Source: Kondoa subrosea
Taxonomy: Eukaryota
NCBI GenBank assembly: GCA_039545335.1
Contig: BCIN01000010.1
Location: 248,001-312,000, forward strand
DNA: 64,000 bases
Reading direction: 5' to 3'
Part shown: in pieces, positions 62,225-64,000 of the stretch
Layout of the letters: every line of letters begins with the position of its first letter
Numbering within the stretch: the first letter of the stretch is position 1
Program-made: the position numbers and the translations under genes
The notes under the pieces: model-generated
Database searches by the model: none
What the model saw: only the letters and a program-made list of their open reading frames with translations
Told to the model about the DNA's origin: nothing

Positions 62225-64000
62225 ATGGATTCAGATCTCTTCAAGCGGATGCGCACAGGGACAAGTCAATCTGCTGCAAGTGATAGTACAGCCAGCACGT
62301 CAAATTCAAACACTAGCTCTGGTTCGAGCTTGTTCTCTCGTCCTGGCACTGGAGCAACTTCTTCCAGCTCACATTCCAGCACGCATCAAAGAGCAGAGTC
62401 GTTTAGCGGACATTCAAGCGAGAAGCTGTTTGACACAGGCAGTCCATCTTCCCCGCGGAAGAGCGCAAAGAAGGACAAGAGCTATGGCGATCGCTTCATA
62501 CCTAGCAGAGATCCAACTGGAATGGATCTCACAACTACGTACCAGCTCATGGGCGATGGAACGCGGCCTGGGAGTGCTTCGAAAGGGAAACGCAAGCTTG
62601 ACAAGACTGATATGGATGCAAGAAAGGACGAAGCCAACAAAACTTTCAACGCTCTTCTTCGATCAGAACTCTTTGGATCTACTTCACAATTGTCTCACTC
62701 AACTTCTCTACCTACTTCCCTCGCAGCAGCAGCTCAATTGGACGGAGGCTCTCCCTCTTCTACTGGAAGCAGAAGATACACCTCGTCGACATCAGGACAT
62801 CCCATAGCATCTCATAGTCCACCTGGTACACCAAATTCGACTGGCTCAGCAGGATCTGCCTCGAAGAATCTCTTTTCTTTCTCCACTCCTTCTCGCAAAC
62901 GTCTTGCATTGACAGCGGGGGCACAAGGCGCCGATTCGCCTACATCAGATCGATATGCTGTATCTCCTGTCCGATACGAATCGCAACAATTACTGCTCTC
63001 CCCACGAAAGACACCACGCAACCTCTCAAAAGTCCCTTACAAGGTTCTAGACGCTCCTGATCTGGCAGACGACTTCTATCTGAACTTGGTCGATTGGAGC
63101 TCGTCGAATAACTTGGGCGTGGGGCTTGGGAACTGCGTATATCTCTGGTCTGCTGCGACGAGTAAAGTCACTAAGCTGTGCGACTTCACGGAAAGGAACG
63201 ACCCTATTACTTCTTTAGCTTGGATGAATAGAGTCAGTCCCAACCTCACGTTATCACATGCGCGCTCACATAGGAACAGGGTCCGCACATTGCGGTGGGC
63301 ACCAACACGGGAGCAGTCGAAATCTGGGACGCTGAGACGCAACAATTTATCCGCAAAATGGGTGGTCATACATCTCGTGTTGGCGCCTTATCGTGGAATG
63401 AAGCTACCCTCACCTCTGGCAGTCGAGACCGCAACATCTTTCACAGAGATGTACGAATACCAGATCAATGGATCAAGAAGCTCTCTGGACATAAGCAGGA
63501 AGTTTGCGGCTTGAAATGGTCTTTCGATGGGAAACAGCTTGCAAGTGGGGGCAATGACAACAAACTCTTTGTTTGGGATGGGCTACGAAGCGACGGGCCT
63601 CTCTGGAAGTTCAGCGAGCATTCGGCTGCTGTGAAAGCTATTGCTTGGAATCCGCATCAGCAAGGCATCTTGGCCAGTGGAGGAGGTACTGCGGACAAGA
63701 AAATCAGGTTCTGGAATACCATCACTGGTACGATGCTGAGTGAGGTTGATACCGGGTCACAAGTCGGTTGCTGGTCAAGCTTTTCGGATCATAAGCTGAT
63801 GGTTTCTCTCCAATCTGACAGATCTGCAATCTTGTGAGTTTTCGACACCCTGATTCACCAACTATGACCTGATGATCTCTATTAGCTTTTCAGTACTACT
63901 TCGTCAGAGCTGGTCTCCACGCATGGTTTTTCAGCAGGTGCCGTGCAAAATCAAGTTTGTATCTGGAAATAGTCAGTGCCTTTACCGGCTCTATGACCAA
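62225..64000 (+). CDS. CDH1: APC/C activator Cdh1/Fizzy-related (3' end outside window)
   Basis: C-box GDRFIPSR, SQQLLLSPRKTPR, KVPYKVLDAPDLADDFYLNLVDWS, GHKQEVCGLKW, LASGGNDN and AAVKAIAWNPHQQGILASGGGTAD. Confidence 0.94.

Overview
Gene-dense, intron-rich fungal nuclear DNA, most consistent with a basidiomycete (inferred from protein sequences, introns of about 50-70 nt with loose GTNNGT donors, CTRAY branch points and frequent AAG acceptors). I reconstructed about 34 spliced protein-coding genes by hand; coordinates are outer CDS limits including introns. They are mostly housekeeping genes: a DUF1996 GPI-type protein (partial), PRP40, PHB2, Apq12-like, RNH203, a peroxisomal acyl-CoA thioesterase, a cytochrome P450, cytochrome c heme lyase, DPM1, a DCAF6/8-like WD40 protein, SEY1, EthD-like, HST2, BPL1, a BTB + CAP-Gly protein, VMA3, NAS2, STN1, PRP6, complex I NUXM, Nup60-like, MMS2, APS2, COG5, JAC1, YJU3-like lipase, ARO7, RPL6, RPL36, ARF1, BRO1, NUP2, HUS1 and CDH1 (partial). 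The only accessory DNA is a ~3 kb degenerate, spliced, apparently internally deleted transposase-like element at ~37.1-40.1 kb. The most interesting signals are a candidate hairpin-enclosed poison micro-exon in an oversized RPL36 intron, the transposon relic, the BTB/CAP-Gly architecture, 4-5 nt micro-exons, an intron-split start codon, GC-AG introns, hidden targeting signals (PTS1, CaaX) and stop codons of convergent genes only 10-23 bp apart. No rRNA, tRNA or CRISPR array was seen. All family assignments are from recalled motifs, not database searches.
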